Shown here one piece after another: positions 47,057 to 60,659 of a DNA stretch of 64,000 bases (position 1 is the first letter of the stretch; each line of letters begins with the position of its first letter). This stretch comes from Takakia lepidozioides. Taxonomy: Eukaryota > Plantae > Bryophyta. The position numbers and the translations under genes are program-made. Below the pieces are notes generated by a model. The model ran no database searches and was not told the DNA's origin. It saw only the letters and a program-made list of their open reading frames with translations. The stretch spans positions 93,124,001 to 93,188,000 of the forward strand of contig CM060731.1 of NCBI GenBank assembly GCA_030704615.1, read 5' to 3'.

Positions 47057-47525
47057 GACCTGAAGATTCACCATCTTCTAGATCCCATGCATATTGAGAA
47101 GAATGTCTGCTCGTCCTTTTTTCGGGTTTTTCATGGCACGCCGGCAAAGAAGGGAGTGGCTGCAAAATGAAATTCTCTCGGTGTTAGAAAGGAGCTTGAG
47201 GAGCAGGGTTGTATGCGCCATCTATGGGCCGAACAAAATGGTGTGGATCCAAAGGGTGTTGTACGGTGGAAGTATAGGCGCGCACCTTGGCAATGGACAA
47301 ATGAGGAATACAAGAAAGTGATAGCCACCATAAGTGCTGTCCGAACACCAACTAGTTATGGGTCATCCCTCTGTACGAAGTTCAGCGAAGAAGACGGGGT
47401 CCATGGTTTGAAGTCTCATGACTACCACAATCTATTGCAAGACATCTTGTCCATTGCAGTACGTGGGACATTGACTCCCGAGGTTCGTGAGACAATCTAT
47501 AGATTGGGAGGCTTGTTATCAAAGT
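47057..47525 (+). pseudogene. Continuation exon of the CACTA TNP2 at 28380-30176
   Basis: ag|DLKIHHLLDPMHIEKNV..GLKSHDYHNLLQ follows ELPYWA|gt in phase 0. Removing 30227-46976 restores a 130-nt intron. Confidence 0.92.
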
Positions 47526-47605
47526 GAGGTGCGCGACACGCTGGAACTGCTGTCAGTGGACCAGGGAGGACTGCACCGGGGAAAACTATATTCGTGGAGT
47601 TCACT

Positions 47606-48151
47606 CACTACAACAAATGGGGGGGGGGGTTTTGCGACGCCAACCCCGTGGAGCCTGTTTACGACGCCGGGCCGTCGCAGCCAAACCCCGCGGGTCGCCA
47701 CCTGGCGCCGGGGCCAGGCGACGACGCCTGGCCGTCGCATGGGCGGATGAAGGGCAGCAGGCAGCCCTTTCTGGCGACGGCCGGTTGTCGCAAGCCGAAA
47801 AAAAAGCAGCCCTTTCTTGCCCTTTCTTTCATCGCAGCCTTTTTTTGCCACGTCCGGCCGTCGCATGATGACATGAATGGCAAAAGGCCCCTGCGACGGC
47901 CGGGCGTTGCAAACAGCCCGACTGCGCTATTATTTTAAAACAAAAAAACATGTCACAGTTTGCGACGGCTTCGACCCCCAGCCTCATAATCCATTCTTTC
48001 AAAACAAAAAAACATGTCGCAGTTTGCGACGGTTTGCCGTCGCCGCTTGCGACCCCCGACCTCATAAATCTAAAAAAACGCGTGGGGGTCGAAGGCAGCG
48101 ACGGCAAGACTTTCTAGGTTTAGGTTAAGGGCCTTTGGGGGTTTTTAGTTT

Positions 48152-48193
<42 letters not shown>

Positions 48194-49840
48194 CCATATG
48201 GTACTGGGGTAGGGTGTTTGTTTTTCTTTATGGTTTAGCTTGTTGTTGTGGACCTTATTGTAGATTGTGACATTCATTTTGATAATTCTCTTGATACCAC
48301 ATCTGTATGTGTTGCTCCAACATATTCATTGCATCTGCCTTCTTTCTTGAAAGACTACCTGCCACAGCCATATTTGATCAATCATAGAAATAAACTACAA
48401 TATGCATGTACATGTACAATCAATCGAAGGGATGGGTCCAGTTCGGTGCGAGAATTGTTATGTAGCTTTGATTTTGTGTCTAATCAACTTGAACATCATC
48501 ATCCGGAGCTTCTTCATCCTCAGCAAGCTGCAAGTCTTCTTGGTCATCGGAGTCATCGTCATAAATGGCCCTGCCCTCAAAAGGCACCTCCAAATCATCC
48601 TCCACCTCGTTGTCAATGGCCGTGTCTTCGTCTCCTTCTCCAACATCCGTATCTTCTGGAGCTTCATCATATAGGGTCCGGGATGCATTGTCCGGGGCGT
48701 CATCATCCTCTTCTACCCCCTCTACCCAACCTCCATCATTAGCATCATTATGACCAGTCTCTCCGTCCACCGCAATTGCCTCACCCCATGGAGATCTGAG
48801 ACCATGATAGATACGTCTTCCTCTTGGCTGAGCATGCACAACCACCTTCCAATTCCCCCCTCTTGTTTTGTTATCAGAGAAGAAAACTTGCTCCATGTCT
48901 GAAGGCCGTGAAAAAGGCTCATCGGAGGGACGATGAGTAGGGTTGAGCCTATCTGCATTGACGCGCATGAAACCACAATCATCTTGCACTAGTGTTGCGG
49001 AGGGCCCCACAAGATGTGGCTGGAACCACCTTCCCTTGAAAAGAAGAGGCCGGTACCTTGTATACTGAAGTTGGAGTATGCTCTCAAGCTCTCCACTGTA
49101 CTCAAGTTTGTTCATAGTAGGTCGTGTATCTCCTTTGCCCCACACGGAGTCTTGCCAATATGTGGCACACAAACCAGAATCAAAGGTTGTTTTGCGCTTT
49201 ATGTCAAGAGCACGAATGCGGAAATGACGACCGTGAACCCAAACCGCCGTGTATGAGGTCGCGAATTGAGGGGGGCCCCTTGCAATATCTGCCACCAAAT
49301 GTGAAACCACCTCTCCTTGAGCAACGACGTCATAAACTGAAGTCCGAAGCCACTGTTGGAATGAACTTAGAGGCTGCAATTCCATGGGCAAATTTTGTGA
49401 ATGAACATTCCGGCGACCCACTCCTAGTCGTGGGCGTCTAGTAACCGGCCTTGGATGGTTCCGCCTCCATGCAAGCGTCTCCTCCTCTCGTTGCTGAACA
49501 AGATTATTGTATCTTGTCTCCCACTCATGTATGGATGGGGTGTTCTTCAGTATGAAGTCATGCGCTTGCTCAATCACCAAGGTCGGCAATTTTACCCTCT
49601 TGATTTTTTGGGCAAAACGATGTCATTGGTTCGTGCATCCTCCTCTTCCTTCCACATCCGAGGGGCTTCCTCATCCACCCTTGCCATGTACTTCGTGCAA
49701 TAGAACATAACTTCTTGCAACGTATACCCCTCCGCTATGCTACCCTCTGGGTGCGCCATTTGTCTTACAAATCCTTTCAAAGTCTTCATATAACGTTCAA
49801 GGAAGTACATCCACCGAGAATGAACGGGGCCGACAAATCG
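47606..49840 (-). mobile_element. 3' part of a CACTA element (TIR, subterminal repeats, TNP2 C-terminus)
   Basis: CACTACAACAAATGGG at 47606, followed by GCGACG repeats to about 48110 and a transposase ORF on the minus strand. Confidence 0.85.
48480..49835 (-). pseudogene. CACTA TNP2 C-terminus (DUF4218 and DUF4216)
   Basis: GPVHSRWMYFLERYMKTLK..HPEGSIAEGY; HGRHFRI..DSG..FKGRWF..DEPF..QVFF..WKVV. One frameshift near 49592. Confidence 0.9.
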
Positions 49841-50569
49841 AAGCCTCTTCCACTAAGTGCACTTGGATGTCAAAGAAGGAGGGAGGAAGGTGCATCTCCA
49901 ACATACACATTACCTCCGCCGCCTCCTTCTTCATACGTGGAAAATCCGCTTCTTCCAACTCTTTGGAGCAAATCCACCGTTACTCGCTTTGATGCGCGCG
50001 CCTAACTCCCAAACTGGCCGCCGGGCCAACTCGGAGCTTTGGCTGCTCACCGGGACATAACGGTCCCCCTTTACCTCTCTACCATACCCTCGCTCAATTT
50101 GGGCCTAGTGGAAATTCCCTTTGGTTGTTGGCAGTCCGGAACAGTTCCTCACACCTTGGTCGCTTTCCGGCTCGCACGCTTACTCACTAGTTTTTGGTCA
50201 CCAACGGGCTTGCACCGTTCTCAAGGTTACTACTCCCCTATATATACTTCTATGACTGTCCGCGGGGGTTTCACAAACAACCCAGTCACATTATGGCGAA
50301 CCACCACGAAAACCCTCGATTCCCGGTGTTGAGTCGCGGTGAGTCTTGGCCCACCCACCACGGCCCCATTGGACCGTGATGAGTCCCAAGACTCCCCACG
50401 ACTCCCACCACAAGGTCTCCGCCCCATGGTGAGTCCTATATCACCCCCACTAAGACCCACTAAGCTACCACCACTCCTCGTGGACCCACCCCCACCGCAA
50501 TCCGGTGTGCGGGGCTCCACCTAGTGAGCGCCTCCGCCTCCTTGAGTGTCTTGGGCACTCAAGGGTGCT

Positions 50570-51046
50570 TCAGCCCCCGTTCCTATTGTTGCCACTGCCC
50601 CCACCATAGGGGCAGCCCCTCTTGTATCCCGACCCCCCGCCCTCAAGGCAAAGGGCCGCGACAAAGCGCCAAAGCATGGCCGTGCGTGATCTGTCCGGCT
50701 TCCCATTCCAGATGGGTATATCGAGGTCAACAATTTGCAGCACCCACGGACCGCATTGACCCTCACCCTCACCTCGCTCAAAGCGGTAATAGTCCTCCAA
50801 ATACTCCATTACGCGCAATGACTCCCGCTTGACTCCAGAAGCGTCAGTGAAAACAGAGAGCCAGACAATGATGTCTCCTGATTTGGGTTTGAACATCGCA
50901 TAATCGTGGCCATGATAAGGGCAGTCAGCAAGATTGCGGTGGCAAGGCATCCTTGCAAAAGAGTAGCGGAGTATGCTGAATGATAGCAGCTTCTGGATGG
51001 AGGAGGCACCAGCGCGGAGGCAGGAAATTGCGCAAGGAGATGACAA
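50570..51046 (-). pseudogene. Unknown protein fragment, paralog of 51409-52020
   Basis: FARMPCHRNLADCPYHGHDYAM..GDII..EY..YYRFE.G..PWVLQIVDLDIP. Confidence 0.5.
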
Positions 51047-51408
51047 TTTGTTTGCAAATGCTGCAATTCCTCACTTACACTCTAGGGCACATTTAAATTT
51101 CCCCCTTACACGAACTTGCACGGATGAAGATTGGCTGCTCCATGAATGTAGCCGTTTCAGTTTCCTTCCGTGCCATGTAGACTATGGGCCGTAAGTGCCA
51201 AGTGGGTCTATTGCCCCTCGACACGACTTCATCTATTTCTTCTTCGATGTAAATGCGGCGTTGAATTTCCATCCGGGGGGATAGACTTCGGTGGCAGGTG
51301 GCCGACTGTTCCCCGTGGATGAGAATGAGTAAGCGGTTGATCCGCCGCTGACGTGATGAACACGTTACACGATGGTAGGCGGGTAGGTGGGACCCAGTTC
51401 CCCCATTA

Positions 51409-52020
51409 TTGGAGCCGACAGTGTTTTTTCGCTTGTCATCAGGGGGAAAATCAAAGGGCTTCGTTGCTGTCTGCAAGGTCATTGTTATCGACAACACACA
51501 CGTCCTCCGGGCCTCCTTTGCAAGGATGTCGTGCTTGCGGAACCACGACGACTGCCCTTATGGAGGCGTCGATTATGCAATGTATACGGCCACAGCGGGA
51601 GACATCGTTATCTGACAGTTTCCACAGAAGATTGTGGGGCGAATGTGGAAACATTGTCAGCTTTTGAGTATATCCCAAGCCACTACGCCTTTGAGTGGGG
51701 TGACGATCTTGATCTGAGGAGTCCGTGGCTCCTGCACATCCTTGATTCTGATTTTCCCAGCCACGGCGTGCATCCATGCAGAAGAATGCGCATTGCTATG
51801 CTGTTGCGGTGGAACTGCTGCCAGTGGACTTGGGTGGACTCCATCGGGGAGACGTATACTCTTGAATGAGTGCGCTCATCTTCTCCATTGTATGGGGACA
51901 TTAGCATTGGTGTGGAGGACGAAAAAATGAAGCTTTCCATCTTCAATGGTGGTATGAGGGCACGACATTGTGGTGAACATGAACAGGGGCGGTACAACGG
52001 CTGCAATCCAATTTACCTGG
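51409..52020 (+). pseudogene. Unknown protein fragment, paralog of 50570-51046
   Basis: FARMSCLRNHDDCPYGGVDYAM..GDIVI..EY..HYAFEWG..PWLLHILDSDFP; frameshifted. Confidence 0.5.
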
Positions 52021-52459
52021 AGGAGCCCGATGACTCATGAGCTAGTTTTCAGAGCAGTCGAAGTTCCGTTGACAACGTGACTTGTATTCAGAAGGCATAG
52101 GGCTATAGATTTGTTTGCACCATCAGCACAATAGACGTGCTTGAAATGCAATTCATGTGGATCAATAAAAACTCCATTGTGCCCTCCTTTTCGTTGTATT
52201 CTGCATCCATCGTTCTCACAATGCATCATTCGTCATATCGTTTCAGATTGGGAGTGGGGGTGGATTTTGGAAGTGGCTGGTAGGCTATAATGGGCGCCCA
52301 TTGTACTGAGCAGTACCACCCTACCATTCGCAAAACATTGCCTTTCAATATGTAATTCTAAAAAACATTGCCCGACCTCCTTCATCGGGAGGTCCTTGTC
52401 CCCCCTATGACCGTGACACCCTAAACCCTATTCCCGTGGACAATCATTTCTGAAAAAAA

Positions 52460-52529
52460 TTCTTGCTCATGGTTTTTTCGACACTTACGACTCTGCTCAT
52501 GGCTCATGGCTCATAAAATAGCAGCCCCC
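52460..52529. mobile_element. Terminal inverted repeat of another related Mutator-like element
   Basis: Reverse complement GGGGGCTGCTATTTTATGAGCCATGAGCCATGAGCAGAG; collinear with 45150-45219. Confidence 0.8.
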
Positions 52530-52670
52530 AAAAACCACTGTTACTGATGTCTTTACAAAGGGCACAGTCCTGACAAATCGTTATATTAGCCACGTGCTCA
52601 AAGGCAGCATGTACTGTCCACATGGGAAACAAAACACTAGTCAGACCTCAGGGTCCGACACACTACAATA

Positions 52671-53490
52671 CAGTCTGCCCTGGATAAATGTTAACAATCG
52701 GGAGTAGAAAAAAAATAACATTTAGACAAGGTTAACACATTAACCGTTTATGAAGGGGTTAGTTGTAACACATTAACAGTTACAGAATGTAACATTTAAC
52801 AAATGTAAAAATTATGAAAGTAACACTATGAAATAAAGGGTAATAATTCCTCTCTCTTTGTTTGTGAGTTGTCTTTCATCTTTATTAATCACCTAATATC
52901 TAACTTATAAGTACAACACATCTATCTAACCATATGTGGGCGGGTACCTATCAACAACCAAAAAAAAAACTGCATAGGTATTTCAAGAATATTTTAACTA
53001 AACTCACTAAAAGACCAATCGATACCATCTACTTGCAAAATAGCTAACGCAGGTACAGCTACCACATAACTTATGTGATTTCGTCTCTCAAAAACATCTT
53101 GCATGTCAAGTCTCAAAATGTTGAACATACATTCGTTGTATCTCAGGAATAACCTCCATATCCAGTCCCGAAATGTTGTATATACACTTGCTTCATCTAT
53201 TTACTTTAGTATTACCTCCCACTTACTTTCTGGTCTTATGATGTGTTATGTTTTAAGATGGAATCTTATCATAATCTAGTTGGAACTTATACTACTTTCT
53301 CCTCTTAAGTGAAGCATTTATGGTACACTTAACATTTATGGAGGGAAAATTAACAAAGAGGGAGAGGGGGTAAACAATTGTTAACAAAAACACTAGCATT
53401 TGCTAGTGTACACAAGTAGGGGAGTAAAATTTTCTTAACATTTATGGTAGTTTAACGTTTATAGAGGTAACATTTATCCAGGGTAGACTG
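52671..53490. mobile_element. Tc1/mariner-pogo-type MITE
   Basis: 23-bp TIR CAGTCT(G/A)CCCTGGATAAATGTTA, TA TSD at 52669-52670 and 53491-53492, AT-rich non-coding interior. Confidence 0.88.
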
Positions 53491-53869
53491 TATCTGAAAA
53501 GTTCCGGATGTTCAACAGGTTTGCTGGCGATGAATATCCGAACTAGAACAAACAATGAAGCACAGCTACCAGCCAAAGTGTCAGACAAGATGTCTTACAC
53601 AAGAGCAACAGCTGGTGCTTTAGCAAGCCAAGCAAAAAATCTCTGATTAATTTACTTTAACAGTTCTAAACTAGCATATTTAGAAATTAATAACTATCAG
53701 TAGACATGTGCTGATCCTGCAATCTATGTTTTCATATGCTCAATTATCATATGCCTTTGAAACTATCCAAATTTCAGGAAGAAAGCATTCAACGATAATA
53801 AACTACAGCTGGTCAAAAGTGACAAAAATGTTTCAGCAATAGCAGTAAACATTTGCTTGGATCCTCTGA

Positions 53870-56500
53870 GAATAGTGGGAAGTAGGACTGACCAGATGCG
53901 GTGCTTCGGCGGACTCTGTGAGCCTTGGCAATTGGGGTGACAACACGCTAGTTTTGTCTTGTTGGTGTTTATTTTTCCTTGAGAATGGCTTTTTGCTTCG
54001 TGATGGTGTAAGCAGTTTTTTTTGCTTCCCTACCCAGCTTGGAGAGGGAGGCGATCCAATGGGGTAGGGAGGGCGAGTCCGCTGGAGGAGGCATAAGTGG
54101 TTGGCATATAGGTAGAGTATTTAGGCGGGTGATGCGTAGATGCGATGCCAGTGTTATAGGACAAGGTTGATGGTGGTGGTATGATAGCAAGGGCACGGCG
54201 AATGGTGTGGTAGGTGTCTAGGTGGGCAGTCCATTTGCGTTTCTGGGTCTGGGTGAGGTAGCCCCCATTTTGTTTGGAGCGGGTAGTTTGGGGGAGGTCA
54301 GGAGGGGCGGAGCATGTGGCTAAGACACTTTTGGTCATTTCTTGAAGTGTGGAGGTGAGGATTTTCTCGGCTTCGAGCCAAGTGGAGTTGGGTATTACTA
54401 GTGTGTTGAAATCGGAGAGTATTTGGGAGGTTTTATGAATAAAGTATGAGGAGGCATGATGTAACTGTTGTTGGAAGGCTTTAATATTGGGCAGAGGTGA
54501 AGGCATGTACAGGTGTATGAGTGTAATAGGGCATAGTGTCGATGGGTGGAGTTGAATAATTTGAAGATGGGATCTGAGGGGGATAGATACGGTTATCTTT
54601 GTGGTGGTGCTAGGGGAGTGGTGTGTCCGGAGGATGCCGAGAGCTACGCCACCCCTGGTGGGTTTGAATGGTGCTGATCGGCGAGAGAGACACTGTTGAG
54701 CAGACATGGGGGTTACCATATAATATGTGATAATCGAGAAGTAATTGGTTTATGTAAGAGCTGCTAGTGTTGCGGGTGTGTAGCTTGGTTTCTTGTAGAA
54801 GAAACATATGTGGTTTTGACGAGGTGGTGAGGAGATGTAGTAAGCTTTATATGCTGGTAGCTAGCGAGCCCACATTCCAGGAGGTGATAGTGAGTGCACT
54901 AGTGCAAGTTTCAGGGACGGCGGGGTCCCTGGTGGGAGAGAGGGAGGGTGAGGGTTCCGTAGATGGAGTTAGTGGGGTGGGGGGATCATACCCAGGTATC
55001 AGGTTAACTGCTTGGAGTGTGCGGGAAAGGATGCTGCTGTGGATAGGAGGGGAAATTGGTTGGTGATGAGGTGTTGAGTGTGGCCGGGTGCGAACCGGAA
55101 TGTCGGACGCCAACTCCATAACGAACACCCGGTTGCCTTTTAGTAGGTCAATACCGTCTTTAGCAGGATGCAGTAGTTCTACTTTGAGGAAGCCAGTCCA
55201 GAACTTGCTGGCATGCTTGGAGTGTGCCATTATTGGTGAGTATAAGGTAGTACCCAGTGGGATGTACATCTCCTCAAAACGCTTTCTTGCCCGATAGATG
55301 GCCTGCTCTTTGGGAATATCCGTGTCTGTGTCAAACCTGATGATGATGTGGTAGGGAGAGACCGCTAGTCCCGATGCTGGGTCGGTGATGGTGCCCTTTG
55401 GCAGTTGAGTAAAGGGGTAGAGTGGGCCCTCCCGTCCATCGTGTGGGTGGGGTGGGGAAGAACAATTGGGGTACGTGTGGAAAGGCCTTGAGGCAGTGCC
55501 TCAATTATTTCAGAGGAGCAGAGGACAAGCTCTTCGAGTTCCGCCGTGGAGCGCATTTCCGTGACAAACGGGAGTTCTTCTTCTTGTGCATGCTGTTCAA
55601 GAGTGTGGTATCCCATCCAAAGTTGTGGGCCCCCTTGTGTGCTAGAAATCTCCAAGATCCGCGTTTGATTTGGCGGGGAGAGGCTACGTGATTTTTTGGA
55701 GTCGGAGTGTGAGTGTTGCTTTCACTGACGAATGCGCTGGAGGATCTTTGTTATGCATGTTGGGTGTCCGAGTCTGGCCATAAGTCGCCTGATTTGCCTG
55801 GTGAGGAGCCGCACGGTGAACGGGCGTTGTGGCCACGGGTGTGATAGCCATGTTGTCTTGGGCATGTCCAATATGGGCAGCAGCCCGCTTCTGTGCAGAT
55901 CGAGATTGGTATGCTTGAGCTGAGGCGAAGAACTACTCGTCCGAGAGATGCATGTCACTAATCTCCGCATCCCCATTAGCGAGGTGAATCATCTCGACGT
56001 CCGCTTCTGAAAGGTGTCGCATTTTTCCAGAGATACATTGAGCAAGGGAGCTGACCAATGATCTAGTACTGAAGCAACTTTGCTTTTTGTCGTGGTTGCT
56101 TCTGAATGCTTCCTGCGCGTTTCTGGACTCCGCCTGATTTGTTGCTAGACATATGTAGGGATTGGGAGAGTGGAGAGAAGGGAGACAGGGGTGTTGTGAT
56201 GAGACTAGAAATAATGTTGCTACATGTGGGTGTAGAGTTACAGTGTGAGGTAGAAGGAAGGTGGTGGCTGGGACGTAATAGAAGGAAAAGAGGCGGTGTG
56301 CTTAAGGAGTGGTCTATTGTGGTATATGTGGGCAATGGGCTAACTGTGGAGGTGTAAGTGCAGCCGACACTCTTGATTGAAACTCTAGGATACCACCTCA
56401 GCCAGAGTGTAATGGTTATGAGAGAGGTTGTTCCCCCCACAACAACAGGTTTGACACCAAACCACGTCCGGAGCTACCATCGCCATTGATTCCAACTTGG
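53870..56500 (-). mobile_element. 5' portion of a LINE (ORF1-like region plus AP endonuclease), decayed
   Basis: LTITSWNVGSL, MFLLQETKL, RGGVAL, TLIHLYMP APE motifs. C/A-rich coding strand like 24390-25368. Confidence 0.75.
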
Positions 56501-59500
56501 GGATTAGGCATGGAGATCTCCGAGGCAGGTCGGTTGCGGGTGCCATTTAGGGGGTAAGTTGCACAATAAAGGGTGTTGGGAGACGTGCCACCCTGCCATT
56601 AGGGAAGGGTAGAATGAGGCACCCCCTAAAACCCTCCACAAGAGAGGGCTACTGGCCAAAAATTATAGGCCCACATAGGTGCAATTGCAAGTCTCATGGG
56701 CAGGGGGTAAAGAGACCTAGTAGGAGACTCAGATTGGCCCGAAATATTTTTAAGGAAAAGCCATACCCACCCACAACATGCCCCGGAGCGATTGCAAATG
56801 AACAGCTCAAAAGTTTTCTCAATTTTCTGAACAACATTTTTTCGTGCCCGAAGGAAAACCCCAAATTTGACCCCCCATTTTTAGCATACAAAGCAGCCCA
56901 CCGGAGATTATGTCAGAAAAACATGAAATTTGCAGGGAAGGTGTCTTATATGACAGGGCACCAGATTCTGGAGAGTGGTCATGTCAGGACCAGTTCGCAG
57001 ATGGGAAAATTCGATAGAAAAAAGCACTTTTTTTCCCCTATTTACTTCATGTTTTTTTTTAATTACACCACTTTAGACATTACATTCTTTGGATCTGCTT
57101 GTTGGATTTGTGGTCGTAGGGGGGGTAGTTGAGAGTATATTCCAACTGTTAGTTTTACAGGGCCTTAGTAAATCTCAAAGATATAAATGTTTTAGAGGGC
57201 CAGGGTCAGTTTTTGAGGTCTTGGCAAAAATTGGCCCCTGTCCTTTAGGGGTTAACATACAGGCCGTGTATTGGTGTGGGCATGAGTTGATTATATAGGA
57301 GGCAGGGCCTGGGGTACAAAAGATCGTTAATGTGGGGAGTCAAGTTAGATTTAGGGGAGGCAAGTGCCGGTTTTGGACACTTTGAGTATGGTATACCAAT
57401 GTGCAGGAGGGGGCCTACGTACATGGCTGGGAGTGGCATAGTGTTAGAATCAAACGACACATGATATAGGAAGGCGATGACAATGCTCGTGGGGTGTATG
57501 AGGGCCCGTCATGCAGCGAAAGTAGCTGCGTATAGGTGAAGTAAGGAATGTAAACACTGCGGTAACAGAGAACTTCACCCCAGTGAGTCCACTAGGACTG
57601 ATGGGGTGGGGGAAGTGAACTTGTTTTATATACGCTGGGTAGCTCTGAGCAAGTATATACCTAGGAGAGTGAACCGTGAGGGAGGGGTGGTGCCGGTATA
57701 TAAAAGTGCTTACAAATGAGTAGTAGCAGCAGCTCATTTTGTTGATGTAGCTCCAAGAAACTGAGAGAGAGCCATAACGATGAGAACGTTCAAGAGGGCC
57801 ATAATTACAGTTGGTATACCACCATAGAGGGCAATAGTACCGAAGGCCTTTTGGGGTTGTTTGTTTGTATAAACCATTGCGGCGGGCGTCTGTGGACCGA
57901 GAGTTGCTCAAGAGAGCTGCAATTGTGGCCTTGTTGATAAAGTTTGTATAAATAATTGTGAGGGGCATCGCGTGTAAGAGATCGTACATGAGAGCATTGA
58001 GAATTGGTACAGTGCCAAAGAGGACTATAGTTCCGAGAATTTTTGGGGAGGAAGGCTTGCGTGCATTGACGGGTATCAGGAAGGTATAAATAGCACAATA
58101 ATGTTATCGGGACGTTGGAGAAGGAGCCTTGCAAAGTCCTTTTAGTGATCACGGGATGAATAAGAGAGCCACTCGGTGTAAGATCAACGTTCCAGGGGAA
58201 CCAGCCGTTCTTAGGAGAATGAAAAAAGCAGCTCGGTTGTACATGTACGCGACAGTGCCGCCCTGTTCCAGCTTCTAGTGTGAGAGAACGACTCTGCAGT
58301 GGGGTGCCGATATTAGGTAAATAGCATACAGAGGGCAACATTGGAGAAGACAGTGGAGTATGGTGGTAACAGAGTTATAGGGGTGGTAGTGTGGTACGTC
58401 TCGCCCATGAGAGTATGCGAGAGTGCCTAAGGAACACATAATAGCAACATAGGGGGCACAAGCCCGAAAGGAAGACAATTTATGAGTCATTGTGGACGGC
58501 CACAGGCCGGGGGAGCGGGTTGAAGAGTTGCACGAGTGAACTGGTGCCGCAGATCGTTGAGAGACGTAGGGTCATGCCCTGAACCACAACGAGTCCATAC
58601 GATTTGAGTGACTGTTCCTGCATGGAATGGGAACAGGGGAGGTGAGAGATTGGTGGTGGTAAATTGCTGAGCCATAGGACGGTGTGTAGCATTATACTTA
58701 ATAAAGAGGACAGTTCAGATGCAACTTGGAGAGGGAGAATCAGCAGAAAATGAGAGGAAGGTAATGGCGGCTCCCTGTAGATGAGAGGTTCTTGCGGTGG
58801 CCTGAGGCAGGGAGCTGGTGGCGCCCATGACTCCTTTCCGTGACTACAGATGGTGGGCCAGGCACCACCACGGGCCCAAAATGCGAAATGCCCTTGGCCG
58901 TCATCGCTGACCGCCTTTAGCTTATCTGAAATTTTAGACAGTCCCAATTGTATCAGGCCATTGTGTTGGTCCAGCGCCCACCCCATCTTCAAATGGTGTG
59001 CCACTGAGATCAGATTTCGCACTTGATGAAGACCGTTCCCGATTGAGCTAGCAAATCTGTTTTATTTGATGCACCATCAAACACCGTCATTACCAACCCA
59101 TGAGAGACCTGGGTGGTGGTTTCAGCTCCCTTAGTTGGCCGATCCAAGGATTCCGCGATCTCTCTTATATCTGGCTGGCAGATTGCCCCACCCCCTAGCT
59201 GACATAAGACCTGGTTTCCGGGTGCCTTAACTGCCGGAGATAGCAGTGCCTCTACTCTCTTGATTTCAGATTGAGACATCTCTAAATCCAGCAGGAAGCA
59301 GCATATTACAAACATTTCATCCCAGGGCTGCAAATGGTTATGGGGACAACAACAAAGCTCAAATTTTTGTAGGGGTTGGCAACATATCTGCCAAGACTCA
59401 TTTCTCCAAGAGCCTTGGTAGTCGATGGTCTCTTTGCTGGGGCAGAAGTGGCTGGGGTTTGCACAATGTGGCAAGTATAGTAGCTCGAGGGTCTTCGATT

Positions 59501-60659
59501 CTGCAGCTTGTAGGAGAGAGCTGGCGAGGGGCAGATTCGGGTAAACAGCTTCCGGTTCGATCAAGGTCCTCCGTAGCATGCAGGGGGGTTCCATGATAGC
59601 TCTTCAGAAGCTCGCAACACCAGAGAACTCCATCAACACGCATGGGGGCGAACAGGCGGCAACAGTTGGGTGTGTGGGGGTATGCATGACGTCTGGTGCA
59701 GAATGGTCCAGCAGGGCTGGTGTATGCTCCTGATGCACAGTAAGTGCCCTCGCATGCGACGTGAAGAGGAGCACTATGAAGAGGAAACAACAACTGGTGT
59801 GGCTCCCTCGCTTAACAGAGCTGGCGTCCAGTGGCCACCTCCCGTCAGACATGACAACCACGGGCCATCTCCAACCAGGTCGGGCAGTGGCTTTGACGGC
59901 AAGTCGGAGGGGCGAGCAAGCGGTGGCTCTGAGTTCATGCAAGGCCTGACTTGAGCACGAGAGGCTCGCAAGTAGAGAACTATAAAACAACCCATAGATG
60001 GGCCTTGAGGCTTTAAGGAAGCATAACAGGGCAGACTTACTATGGGCAATACCGGTGACCAACCTGATATAGTCGAGGGAGAGAGCAAGCGGGTTGAACA
60101 TCCAACCTCGGAGGAGAGAAGCAGCACGCGAAGAGGGGGGAGCGGGCTCGTCCTGGGCTGAAGATTGCCAGGAGCTCCTGCCGGGCGACTTTAGCATAGA
60201 GAGACTGCAGGTGGGCGTGTACATGTCAGGGGGGGGCGTTGGGGAGGTAGATAAACGCAGCAGCTCCGCGGTTGGGCTCGGGGTGAGGAAGACGTTGGTC
60301 TCAGCAGTCATGTGGCATGCATGCAACGGTGGAAACCACTTCAAATACACCGAGAGGTAGATTAAAAGAAGCGTTGTGGAGCAGCTGCACGGTGGCTTGC
60401 CATAGCGGGAAAAGAAGCAGTTCGGGCACGACGAGCGGACGCCTTGAACAGAGGTCGAAGCCGTGGCGGCCGCCATGGCTAAATGTAGAGACCCAGGTAG
60501 ATAAGCGAAGCAGCTAATCTGGAGAGTTAAACAGACAATAAAACGTGGGAATTGGCGGAACCCTAGAAGATTAGTCATAATTAAGAGCCAAGCTAAAAGA
60601 AGGTCATGAGCACGGTCTGGGGCGGAGCGCCCAAGAGGAATTTTTATATACCAAGCGTA

